Assembly (NCBI GenBank): GCA_013265495.1
Contig: MU058636.1
Coordinates: 744,001 to 808,000 of the forward strand
Origin: Vicugna vicugna
Lineage: Eukaryota
DNA: 64,000 bases
Direction: 5' to 3'
Part shown: positions 52,160-64,000 of the stretch, piece by piece
Layout of the letters: each line of letters opens with the position of its first letter
Numbering within the stretch: the first letter of the stretch is position 1
The notes under the pieces: generated by a model
The model's database searches: none
Seen by the model: the letters and a program-made list of their open reading frames with translations, nothing else
What the model was told of the DNA's origin: nothing
Program-made: the position numbers and the translations under genes

Positions 52160-52610
52160 GGTGTCTGGTTCCTTGGTACCAATGTCAGCTCTGGTGTGCC
52201 GGAAGTAGCACACCTGTCAGTTTTCTGATCTCGGTTAACTTCTGACCTCTCTGAACCACATGCACCCCACCCTTCCCTGCCCCCATCTGAGGGACTGGTT
52301 AAAAAATGTAAATTACCCCATTTCTTCTCGGGGTCCAGCAGTGTTGCATCTCTGTGACCCTTCTTCATATTATCCTCTGACTGAGACCTCAGCAAGGAAA
52401 GGTTCTCTGATTTTAATGACACGAGTGATTAGATTGAGCATCCCCCACCCCCCACCAATAACCAGGATAATCTCCCCATTTTAAGGTCCTTATATAAATC
52501 ACATCTACAAAGTCCCTTTTGCCTTGTAAAGTAACATTCACAGGTTCTAGGGATTAGGACATGGAGATCTTTCTTGGGGTGGGGTGGAGAGGGGTGCATT
52601 GTTCTGCCTA
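52160..52610 (-). mobile_element. MLT1 (MaLR) LTR fragment
   Basis: aatcacatctacaaagtccctttgcc...gtaacattcacaggttctagggattaggacatgg. Confidence 0.7.
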
Positions 52611-55600
52611 CCCTCTTCTGTTAGAGGGAATCCCCTGACAGATGCCCCTCTAATTCTGAGTGCTTCGACTGATGAAGAGAAGCCACTACTTTGAGTCTGC
52701 CAAGGGTAATGTTCAACTCTACCTCTAATCAACTCTAAACTAGAGGTGATTATCAACTCTAAATGTCAGAAAGTTTGTGTATTCAGTCCCAATAGTTCCC
52801 ATACATAGGTCTTTGTCTCAAGAAGCACAAAAGAAAGTCCCCACCCACACATGCACCACGTTGTTTTTTAAATATTTGAAGACAGCTATAAGATTTCCCT
52901 TTTATTCATTCGTTGAACATATTGAGAACCTATTATGTGTGGATGCTATTCTAGGCTTCAGAGATACAGTAATTAATCAACCAAAGTCCCTAATCTCATA
53001 ATGTTCCTTAACGGGTGGATAATCCAACAGATAGCATTAGCATTGCCTTGAGTACCATCAAATCAAGGGTACCAAAATAATTTTTGAAAGAAATTTGCTA
53101 TTTAAAAAAAATCATCTAAATAATTGCAGGGAGCAGTTAGAACCTTTGTACATGTGTCTTGTATTTTAGAATTGTTTTTGTTTTGAATTATAAAGAAGGA
53201 GCAGTAAAACCTTTTCACACCCAATGTCCTCTAAAAATCTTACTTGAACCCCAAGGGAGGTGCAATTTTAGTGAGAGAGAACAGTTTCAATTAGAGTACA
53301 CAAAGATGGCTTCCTGGGAAAAGTTGAGTCTTCCAAGATGAGTAGATTCAGATAAATAATAAAGGTTAGAGGCGAAGGCAGTCTGGAAATTCCTGCGGAC
53401 ACCATGGCAGCCAGATGGGAGGACAATGGGGGCAGATGAGACTTTTGGCTGTGGGTAGGGCATTCAGCATGTTTTAATCAAATGTTAAATAGAGTCTTCT
53501 CAAAGGCACTGAGAAGACTAGGAATTCAGTGGCAGTTGGGTAGCACAGCTCTGGCAGCTCCCCATACTATCTGCAAAGATCCTGTAAAGCAAGAAAGGAC
53601 CGGCTCCGCAGGCTACAAAACCCAGAGCTGGACGCCCTTTAGCTTGCTGTGACTGAGCTGCCCTGAGTTGCCTGCAGAGCTCCAGGCTGTGGCAACCTGT
53701 AAGCAAGATCTGGAGGATGCTCCGGTGGGTGAGAGTCATCAAGGCATTTGTTCTTACTTAAATTTTACCCTTTTCTCTTGATCTAAATTCAGCCTCGCGA
53801 CATGCTTTCTGGGAGCTGGTAATAGGAAAGTGTAATTTGCAGTCATATTCTATACCACTGCTTCCAAAATACAGGTGTAACTCAAATACTGTAAAAAGAG
53901 CTAACCAAATTTCACTCAAATTTTCTGACAGAGAATGAAAAATTTTTTTCAATTCAGTTTTCCTAGAGGCTCTGTTGCTGACTTTGTCATGCTGAAAGTT
54001 AACTAGTGGATTGCATTATCTGGTAGCACCTTTCCATTGTTTGGAAAGTGATGCCTTTTGTAATTAACATTAGAGGTCTTTCCTTCGACTGGACTTTCTT
54101 ATTTGAATGCTTTGTTCCAAAATTATCATTGAAGTTTATGTTTTTATTTTTTATTTGGCATGTTTGCCTTTAAGACTCAGAATAATTCTGATTTGACTAC
54201 AGATCAACTTCAACCATATTTCTGAAGACCCTCTTAATCATTGCTGGAAGTGTGTCTGACATGGTTTTGGTTGGAACCAAATTTGTATCCTGTGATGATA
54301 CAATCTTACTCTCAGTGATTCTTATGTTTAAATTGTGTTGGGCCCCTAAGGGGGTATACTGAGTTGCAACTTGAAATTCCAGTGTAAGCAGGCAGGGCCT
54401 AAAATGAGAACAAAAAGGTAGCACAGTGCTGGCAGGGCTGAGTAAACAGCGGTATGAGATTGATATCTTACCCAATATCTTATCCTTTCTCGGTTCTCTG
54501 TAAGGTTCTGGAGAACGCTGATCACCCCCTTCTTTTACTCTCTGTATCAACTCAGAAAACTTGGGTACAACTAGTAGCAGAGGTCAGTGGTTCCATTCCC
54601 GCTGGGCAGGATGTAATCTTTCTGGGGCGAGTGTCCAAAACTTGTTTTTTTTTCCTTATTTGGACACAGGTTTGGATGTTTAAACATGCAACATGATTGA
54701 GACAACCAAGCCCTACCCATTTAATGTCCACAAATGCTATAGAAAATAACCTACCCCAATCCTCAAAGCTTACCATGTTTCTTAGATCTAAGATGTGGCC
54801 ACTGCGATATCAGATCCTTACTGATACTGTAGCTGTAGACAGTGAGTGGGACCTGAGAGAACTTGTTTGCAAGCACATGTGAGACTCACAGAAAGCAGCA
54901 AGAAGACTTTGAGAAGGGCTGGAGGTCACAATAGCCAGTGAAAGTGAGTGCTGTAAAAAGAAAAAAAAGTTTCCTGTTAATTTTACCTAATTTGTCATTG
55001 TTCACCATCTTTCTTCCCCAGAGGATGTCATGGCTGGTGGCTTCATGGGTTCTGAACCAGCACGATCAACACCATTCTGATTCTTTGATCATTTAGCATG
55101 AAACAAAAATCCAAAAATCCAGAGAAACCCAAGGTCTGTTTCTGGCACTGCCCCTGGCCTCCTTTTGGTTGATTTGGGCAAATTACTCACTTCTCCGTAG
55201 TCCAGTTACTTCAGCATAAATAATTCTTATCCAGCCTACTCTCAAGTTGGTTTGAATATCCAATGACAATGGCATGAAATCTCTTTGGGCAAATGAAATG
55301 CCATAGAAAATTACAATGATCAGTATTAGCGGCACTCCAGAGTGGGGCTGGCACCCTCTCCTTCCCTTCCAGATTATTGGCTGTGAGAGAGGATCAAATT
55401 AGGATCACAGTCAGATTTGGGGGATTCCCATTACCTTTCAATATATTGCTATTCATAAAATGCAAATCAAAGAGTCTTGTGGCTATGCCAGCTTCCTGAA
55501 AACCTAGGAACCACTACGAATCCAGAAGAGGCATTAGTTGTTAAAGCTCAGAGATGGAATATTTTATCAGTGATACAAGGCAGTGTCTTATCTCTTGTCT

Positions 55601-57984
55601 CATGGCATCACTAAAAACAAAACAAAAATGAAAACCTTTAACTGATTCCCAGAAGCACAGACTTTGCAGAAAAGCTGGAGGAGAGACAAAGTCAATGAGC
55701 AAGAATAAAAATGGTAGAGTACATTTAAGAAAAGAAAAACAGCCATCAGGATCACACTGGCAGATACTTACTGAGAACAAATAATGAACAAAAGTACCGC
55801 AGGCTAAGCCAAATGGATTGCAAATTGGATATGAATCAGCAACAAAAGTGCTTTTATTAATTAAGCTCAAGACTGGGTACAATGTTAACAACATGTTAAG
55901 CTGAGGTTAACGGAGTCCTGTGTTGCAGGGACCTTCACCGTATACATGCATCACCTTGTCTGAGCCCACTAGGTAGGTGTGATTGTTATGCACATTTCTC
56001 AAAGGAGGAAAATGATGAGCAGAATGTTGAAGTTCTTGCACAAGGCCTCCCACCTATCATGTGGCAAACTGCCTGTCAGAGAGCATCCTGCTTGTGTAGA
56101 ACACAAGTTGCACTTCTGGGCTTTAGCAAAGGGATTGGCCAACCGTAAAAGGACTCTCCGGGTAGCGGGTAGCGGTGAAAGGAGTAAGATTATTTAAACT
56201 AGGAAGCTAAGATGTGACCCATAGTGATGTTCATTTATCTGATGGCGGTTGGGATCAAGGAATAGAAAATGGTTACAGGTGGTTTGGGAGAGCAACAGAG
56301 GACTGACAGTAAACCAGGATCAAACCGTGACTGTTTCTATATGTGAAGGATGCTTCGTATTTGCAGGAGTCAGGCAGGTGCATGCTCAAGAGAACCTGTT
56401 GTGGGGGCATGACTGACAGCCTCCCGTTGTCACACCTTCGGGCCTGCACTCAGGCCCTCAGGCCCAGGCTGTGCTCCCCCAGCTGTCTCTAGCCCATGAC
56501 TGGCCTGAGCAGGCAGTTTAGAAACAGAAGTTTGCAAGAGAGCCACACTACACAGAACAAGCTCTAAGGACGTGTCATGGGACACCATATTAAAAGGAAG
56601 AATTTTGAACCATTTGTTCCTTTCTCTGTTGGAACCACAAAGGGTACAATCATTGCTAAGTAGAAGCCATATAAATAGATAATGAACCTCTGTATTTGTC
56701 ATCAGCCCGGTTTACCGGGAAATGAATGAAAATATTAAAGAAAATACTTTGTTCCCAACTAGGATACCAGTTTACAAAATGTATTTAGCTTTCCTGCTGC
56801 TCTTGGGGAATTATCCACGCAGGGCACGATCTAATTCCATTTGAAAGGCCCAGCTGGGATCCCTTCACATGCTGGCCCTACCACGCCTTGCAGTCAGCAT
56901 GCTTTTATTTCTTCTTTATCCCTGCTTTTTTCATTTCCCCTTTTCTTTGTTCTCTTCTTGATTTCCCTAACTGGTCAGACCAAGGGAGGAACTTCCTGAG
57001 GAAGATTCCACATGAGCGGTAACTGCTGACTTAAGTCTCCTGTCCGGCTGGGGACAAACCTTGACACTGAAGTGAGTGTGATACGTGAATAAGGCTGTGT
57101 TTCAGATAAACATCTGACTTGGCAAAGCTTGTAAATTGCAGCGGCGCTCCCTCTTCCACTCAAGAGATTCTCCACCTGCGACAGATGACTCCGCCACCTC
57201 TTCATAGGGAGCTGGAAACCAAATGATGTCTTTTTGCCCCAGCACTTTGATACACTTTTCTTTCCAGTTTCATTGTCACCACCCTAGATTAGGTAATAAC
57301 TGATGATGGTGATGATAACTGATAATAAAAATTCATCACCATGGTGCCTTTATTGGTTTTCTGGCTTCCTCTCTCCACTCCACTGTGTTCTCAACACCGC
57401 CCCACACCAATCTTCCTGCAACACAAGAAATGATCTCACTATTCACCACTAAAATTTACCGAGAGACATAAGTCTGTAAGGTAGCAATTCCTTAGTCTAG
57501 TATTTAAAGCCTTCAGATCAAACTTCTGAGCCCTATGCCCCATAAGTGACCTACATGAGCCAGTGATTCACAACAGAATCACCTTCACTAAAACCTTTCA
57601 CTACGGTGTTAAATGCCGCCCCCCACAGTTCCCGTGAGTGCATCTTACCGAATGAACTGCTTAGAACCACTAATCAGAAGGAAAACTAAATCCTGAGATA
57701 CATCTATATCTCACAGAATCTGGCCTGGGGGTATTTGTTCTTGTGATTTTGCCCAAGCACAGGAAACTGTGTCATTTATTCATAAACAAACAACGAAAGT
57801 CATACCAGTAACTCATCAATCGATTTTCAATTTCTAAGAGCAAGTATGTCTTTCCTGTGAAGGTAGGGACGTTGTCTGTTTGTCCTTTACTGAATCTTTC
57901 ACACCTTTGACACTGCCTGGCCTCTACTAGGTGCGAAATAACTGCTTCCTTGAGCGAATAAACCACAGTGAAGCAACAAAGAAC

Positions 57985-59054
57985 AGTTCACATGTTTCAG
58001 TATTTATTGGTAGAAACAGATCTTCAATGCATATTTCTGTTTATATAAATTCTATATTCTCTTAACATTTTGTTTGTTTTGTTTGGAGTTTTTTGGCCTC
58101 CAAGTGAACTTAATGTATTATCTATGCATTTGATTCTTTACACTTTTTTTTAGATTTTAAAACGAAACTTGAGAAACCATGCATATTGTATACCTTACTT
58201 AATATAATCCAAAAATTGTTTGCACTTTCAAAAAAGTCACAAAAAGGCAGAACTCAAGTTAAATAACCTATATATTCTAAAATATCCATGTTCCATTTCT
58301 GAGTAAAGAAAAGCTTGCTCAGTGTTATATACTGCTTGCTGTCTAATAAGTCAGATTGTCAGAGACGCTTCATAAATTATCTCTGTTTTTAAATATCTTA
58401 ATCCCCTTCCTCCCAGAGATGATCCTGTAAATGTTAAACATTGTGCCATATGCAGTCATAGCCCAAAAGTTTAAATAAGAACCAAACTGGTAGCTTCTAG
58501 ACTGAATATTTTAACCTTAAAATTATACATCTAAATATACATATATGATATCTTGCATATTAAATTTAATATTTCAAGTAACAAATACATTTAGCAAACA
58601 TTCAAATACTCTTTCATGAAAAGATACTGTCCTTAGAATAAAAAAAGAAAGGTGTATTTACACACCAATGTCTGGACATGGTATGAAGCCCATGGAACTT
58701 AAAAGTCCAAGTGAAGTCTGTGGTACTATTGAGAAAAAGAAGACTGATTTTTAACCTACTGAACTGTGCAGATACAAAAGTGCTTAGCATGACAAAACTT
58801 TCAAAATAAAAACATTTTAAAGGTTATTTGGTTCTAGCAATATCAACTATTTTGCACTTTAGGATAATCTATCATTTGTATTTTAAATTTTATATAAATT
58901 TTCTCTTTTCAACAAGTTAAAAAAGCACACAAAAAATAGTTCAAACTATAATAATTTGTTATTTTTCATCCTGGTTCATCACAGATAATTCAACAAAAGA
59001 GTGCCTGAATACTCGTTCTACTAAAATGTGGTATTTGAATAGACCCATCACGCG
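57985..59054 (-). other. RNF6: RNF6 3'UTR (AU-rich, includes a Pumilio element UGUAAAUA at 58655-58662)
   Basis: AT-rich region with no recognisable repeat between the stop codon and the poly(A) signal; 3' end approximate. Confidence 0.7.
58003..58008 (-). terminator. RNF6 polyadenylation signal AATAAA
   Basis: AATAAA on the minus strand followed about 20-45 nt later by a GU/U-rich element (TGTTCTTTGTTGCTT). Confidence 0.7.
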
Positions 59055-60802
59055 TCACCCATCGTTTGCTATACTGGACCCCAAAACCGGCTGCCGACAG
59101 ATGGGACAAGTGCAATTCTCTGAGAGCCACCGGTCAATGCAATGGATGTGAAACTCATGCATGCAGGGTAACTGCCTGAGCTTGTTTCCCGTGACGTAGT
59201 CGCTGATACAAACGCTGCAGATTCGGCCCGGTTCGCTCTCCGCACTGCTGTGCTCATAGTTCCGCGTGGAAAGATTGTCGATCTGCTCTTTGGTTAAACC
59301 TCGTATGCGATCCTCATCATCGCCCTCGTTAAGTAAGAAGAAGTGAGCGAGGCGGAGAATGGGTAGCGTTCCAGTTTCCACTAAGTTATTTGAATTTCGC
59401 ACCTGCCTGCCACCTGTACCGTCACTGCTCGGGGCGCGAGGCGGGGTGGCCTCGTTCCCACCACGCATCTCGGGGCTGTCTTCCTGCTCCTGCCGGCCCC
59501 GAGAGGAACCGTCACTGTGCTGGCCGATGGCATTACCTATCCCCAGGTTACTCATTTCCGGGTGCATCTCTGGCAAATGCTGGCCACTTCTCTGAAGCTC
59601 TGACTCAGATTCGGCCTCCATTAGAGAACTCAGTTCTCCAAATCCAGTCATGATCTGCCTTAAAATTGACCGAAGAGCCACTGATGATGGTTCAACAAGC
59701 TCATTCTCAGAAATCCTACGAAGAGGAACGATTATGGTGCTCACGTAGGTCCGCATCCCTGAGCGCTCTAAACGAGAAATGGTTCGGCGAAAGCCCCCAC
59801 TATTGCTTTCAACGGTGACTGTGTTTTCTGCGAGCCCCACCCTAGACCGAGTTCTGTTTGCAATGCTGTCCCAATCTCTGTTTTCTCCAGGCCGAATCCT
59901 TCTCACCTGAAGGTCCAGTGTGACTGTGGGGCGGCGGCGCACGGCAGAGGCCCTGCTGGGCTCCGCCCCTTCCTCTACTGTTATTCTTGACACAAGTCTC
60001 GAGTTAGAGAACGGAGAGTACCCACCGCCTCTGCGCGCTCTGTCTTGCTCTAAAAAGACACGAGTTACACCTCTCCTAGCAGACCTCCTCGTGGTCTGCT
60101 GTGAAGGTCTACTCTCCCTTTGTGAATTACGATAAACGGTGCTGCCTTGCCTCTGAATTGGTGATCGGCTTCGGCTATTGAACGTAGACCGTAGTCTTAT
60201 TGGCTCTAATCTTTGGTTTGTGTTCCTCACTGTTACATTAGTTCTAGCCCCATTTTCCCAAATGTGTGCTGCTCCAAACCGCTGCCCCTCCCTTTGCCTG
60301 AGTTCACTACCACCTGACTGACTGCTAAAATCAGCACGGGGAGCACCAGCTCTAAGAACACCAGCTGCTCCCCCAGATCCACTTCTCAGTCTTCCCAATG
60401 AGGACGAAGGTCCTTCTCCTGAATTCCGCCCCCCTGAACTGAGCCTAGTCCTTGGAACACTGGCGCCACTACTGCTGAGGTTCCCTGCAGCCTGGCTCCT
60501 CGTTCTCCTGGCCACGGGACTAGCTGATCTCTGCTGCCTGTTTGTGGTGTGATCCCTGCTAACAGCTGAGAGTGGCACGCCCGGATAATCTTCATCATCC
60601 ATTTCAAATCCTCTGTTCTCGTGATTTATGTGGATTTCCAGACTGAAGCGGAACTCTCCACTGTGTGGGTTTGTTCGACTCACAGCTCTCCAAGTTTGGT
60701 TCCCGTTCTGTCCACTTCGAGTTGCGTTTCCTGTGCGACGGAAGGTGTTCAGCCATTCCAGCAGAGAGGCGTCGTTCGGACTTCCTCTAGGGACTCCTGA
60801 GT
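59055..60802 (-). CDS. RNF6: RNF6 E3 ubiquitin ligase, large last coding exon with C-terminal RING-H2
   Basis: Acceptor TGCTTTCCAG|AC at 60802. Contains LLEWLNTFRRTGNATRSGQNGNQTWRAVSRTNP, ETGTLPILRLAHFFLLNE and CSVCISDYVTGNKLRQLPCMHEFHIHCIDRWLSENCTCPICR. Stop TGA 59057-59055. Confidence 0.96.
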
Positions 60803-63257
60803 CTGGAAAGCAAACCAAATCAATTTAAGATCGATTCCTAAAATTCATCCTTAGATTTTTATTGAAAATTTGTAAGATAAACAAAGTTTTCATTAAATTA
60901 AATCATATTTAAGAACACCTGTGCATTTTAATGAATAAAAAACGGCCAAAAACCTGAACTTTCTAAAAGGTGTATACTATAAGCATACTATAATACATAA
61001 AGATCATAAAATATTAAATACTATTTGTGCTATACTAAAAGATGTGAAGATATCCTCACTCTTGCTTTCTATGTGCCTATTATTGGCAAAATATTAAGAC
61101 AAATGAGAATTATATCTAATATCAAAACTGTGCATTTAAATTGCTTTATTCATATGGCAATATCAATCAAATACAGTGGCAAGATTTATATATAATTCAT
61201 CTTGAATTTGTGGAGTCCTTTTGGTAAAGGAAATCCAATCATTTTTGCAACCACGTCTTTTGATAACCTTGAAAATTTTATCCTCTTTCTCAGGAACTGC
61301 CAAAAATGTACATCTCAAGAAATGTGGCTTTATGAATACAGTGATAAAACCACACTATGTCTTTATATGAAGATGGAAAGCTTTAGGCATGATACTTAAG
61401 GTCTTTGTGGCTGCATCCTTACCTGTAAATTAAAGATAATAGTAGAGATGTCAAAGGATTATCATGAGGATAAAATAAGACACTATATAAAATGATTAGT
61501 ATAATATCTGGCACACTGGAAGCCCTCAATGTTATTCATTACATATATATATAATACAATCAAATATATTTTCTGTTCATTTAGAATGTGAACTCCATGA
61601 AGACAAAGAGTTCTGTAGTATGGCTTTATTCTCTGTTAAATCCCTAACCTCTACAACAGTACTTGGTACAAACCATACTCTCAATTAACATTGCTGAATG
61701 AATCAATTTGAAAATAAACATGCCCCTAATAAACTTCTTTGATTATGACAGTGCTACTGTGTGAAGCTTCAGTATTCCATTTTTAATCAGTGGATTATAA
61801 AAAGTACAAAACTCAGTGAAAAGCACTCTAATGCACATTAACTATATAGACTTTAGACTTAAAAGTTTGTTTTACTCAAAAATAGCTATTAAATGAAATT
61901 GCTTTGATTTTATTTCATTACTGCAATCTCTCAAAAAACTTTTCTAAATGTTAAAAGTTAAACCTGTTAATCAGCCGCTGGTATCAATAAAATAAATAGC
62001 AACTTTAGCCATATTCTAGAGGTATAAGCTATTTCACGCGTGATGGGTACATTTTCCATTAAAACATATTCAAAGGATCAGTATTACCAGCTATACCAAT
62101 ATAGTACAATTTACACAACTGAATATAAAGAAGAAAAAAGGTTAATATTCACTTTCCATTTTAATTTGCAAAGACGTATGAGTAAAAGGCAGGTAAACAA
62201 TAAATCCTTCTAAATGCTACTTCTTTAATCACTAGAACATAATGCTGACAGTGTGTGTGAAAGAGTTCACTCATTAACAAAATCTGTCCCAGCTTCGTCC
62301 ACTGTAAGTGCATTGCAATGGTCCTGTGAACAGCCTGGCAATTGGGTGTGGCCATGTGACTAAGTTCTCATCAGTGGAATGGGTGTGGAAGTGATGGATC
62401 TCACTTTCTGGCAGGTGCCTGGACCTCGTTCTGGAACCTGGACCTGCCAGTTGGAACCCAGACATGGTGGTGATTTAGCTTGATCACCAAGCAGGACCCG
62501 GGAGCAGCAGTGTCCAGTAAACTCCCCGCACTAGTGGAGATCTCTCTACCTGTGCTGTCCAATTCAGAAGCCTCTAGCCACACGTGATTATTAAATGCCT
62601 GAATGTGGCTAATAAACTTCTATCTTATTGAGCCCTTGAATTTTAGGGTTTCTAGTAGTCTTCACCCTATAATACATGACACTACTACTAATGAAGACTT
62701 CTTGGGAAGGAAGCAGGACTGGAAGAGGGACATGAAAGTTGGCTTTACTTTTAACTCTAAGTACTTCTGCTTAGTTTGATTTTTTTTTAAGAGGATTTGT
62801 TTTTTTATAAGAATTCCTTATGGTATGCCTTAGTGTTTTTTCAGTAAACAACACTGCAACACACAAAAACAACAAAACAAAGCAACAAAAAAATAGGTTT
62901 CCTAACTCAGTCTTTCTGTATTGCTCTGTATACATTTTTAGAAGCTAAGTTTAGTTATATTACTTAAAAAAATAGCAGTGTGTACCTTCTAAGATTAAAA
63001 AGAACTCTGCTAGAAATTAATGGTACACTATTTCAGATACGTGAGCTCCCTGAGGACCATCTGTATGTGAGACATCCTGTCCTGTATTGCCTAACATACT
63101 ATACAGCTCTGCACATAATACATAAAGACTATTTGGATGAGTATCACATTAAATCTGGAAAACATTAAAAACACAAGATTGTACAACATGTCCTGTAAGT
63201 TCAAGTCTACAGTTGTTCCAGTCAAACCTGCTCCTTACAGAAAGGAGTCCACGGTAC

Positions 63258-63353
63258 CTCTGGTATTTGTCCCATCTCTCAAGTCGGGCTGTGATGCCAG
63301 TTGTTCCTTGACTCCATCTAACCGCTGTTGTAATTCTTCTGATGTTATTTCTC
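63258..63353 (-). CDS. RNF6: RNF6 penultimate coding exon (GEITSEELQQRLDGVKEQLASQPDLRDGTNTR)
   Basis: 96 nt, GTTTTAG| ... G|GTACC, phase 1/1, in frame with the last exon. Confidence 0.93.
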
Positions 63354-64000
63354 CTAAAACAATGGAAAATTGCTCACTGAAGTTAAAATGTTTTAATTTC
63401 TAAGTTTTATGAAAACTCACAAAGGGTAAGATGAATCTTTAGCAATCTTAGAAGATACTCTATTGTTTTCATGTTCTGTAAACTGAAAGTTAAAAATGTT
63501 TAATCGATGCAAGTACACATCACTTTCATTGTTTCCTTAAAATTAAGATTCAATATGAATAATTAATAAGTGCAGTTGATACACTTAGGAAGTTATAAGC
63601 TATAATTCTGTGGATTTTTACCAGAGTTAAAAAGAAATTAAGAAAGGAGTATTTCTAGAGAAAACTTCACATCTTTATTTATTTGAATTTTACCTAGTTC
63701 ATTATGTGGGTAATCCAATATACAGTATTCAAATATGCAATATACAATATATACAAACATACCAGGTCCCGTTAGTTCATCTGTGAAATTAATTTGTAAA
63801 AAATGTATGGGAACACAATGGACATTTTGGGAGTTACTAAATTCAGTTATTAATTCATTAATAAATAACACCTCAAATGAGTTAGAATTAAGTTTTAAAT
63901 AAATAATATTTTATTTATACAAATATTATTTAAGAGAAATAGAACCATATATGTAAATATATGACACTATTATGAGCATTAACCTGTTGGTTAGTTTGGC

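Noticed and set aside
48256..52245. Long overlapping ORFs (up to 252 aa) in both CpG islands
   Set aside because: Ala/Arg/Gly/Pro-rich frames open on several strands at once, as expected from stop-codon scarcity in GC-rich DNA; no recognisable domain.
59055..60802. RLIM/RNF12 or a retrocopy
   Set aside because: The sequence has RNF6-type motifs (SENCTCPIC, LPILRLAHFFLL, no long poly-Ser run) and there is an upstream intron and exon.
60803..60818. ORF-track start 'MVCFP' of the 587-aa ORF
   Set aside because: Intronic polypyrimidine tract with a TTG start; the real exon begins at the AG acceptor (60802).
1..64000. Prokaryote-style systems (CRISPR arrays, operons, IS elements)
   Set aside because: The sequence is intron-rich mammalian DNA, and I saw no regularly spaced repeat-spacer array.

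Overview
Mammalian genomic DNA, most likely camelid (alpaca/camel) judging from tRNA-Ala-derived Vic-1-type SINEs. Two protein-coding genes lie in tandem on the minus strand. (1) Right end: the last two coding exons and 3'UTR of RNF6 (RING-H2 E3 ligase). (2) Left 36 kb: 21 consecutive, correctly phased GT-AG exons (1513-36393) encoding about 629 stop-free codons of a P4-ATPase phospholipid flippase. Its exon architecture matches ATP8A2, but its sequence is clearly diverged; DGET, PISL and DKTGT are intact and the gene continues beyond the left edge. I read it as an apparently intact ATP8A2 paralog ('ATPase IB-like'), at a position where I recall the human genome having only a pseudogene. It has an unusual His at the TM4 substrate-selecting P-4 position. 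A 1-nt deletion in exon 2 leaves translation to an internal Met, and a CpG-island first exon with a GC donor is a candidate. The rest is mostly L1, LTR, DNA-transposon, SINE and simple repeats, with two CpG islands and one 60-N gap. Comparisons with human ATP8A2, RNF6 and repeat consensus sequences are from memory, not from searches.
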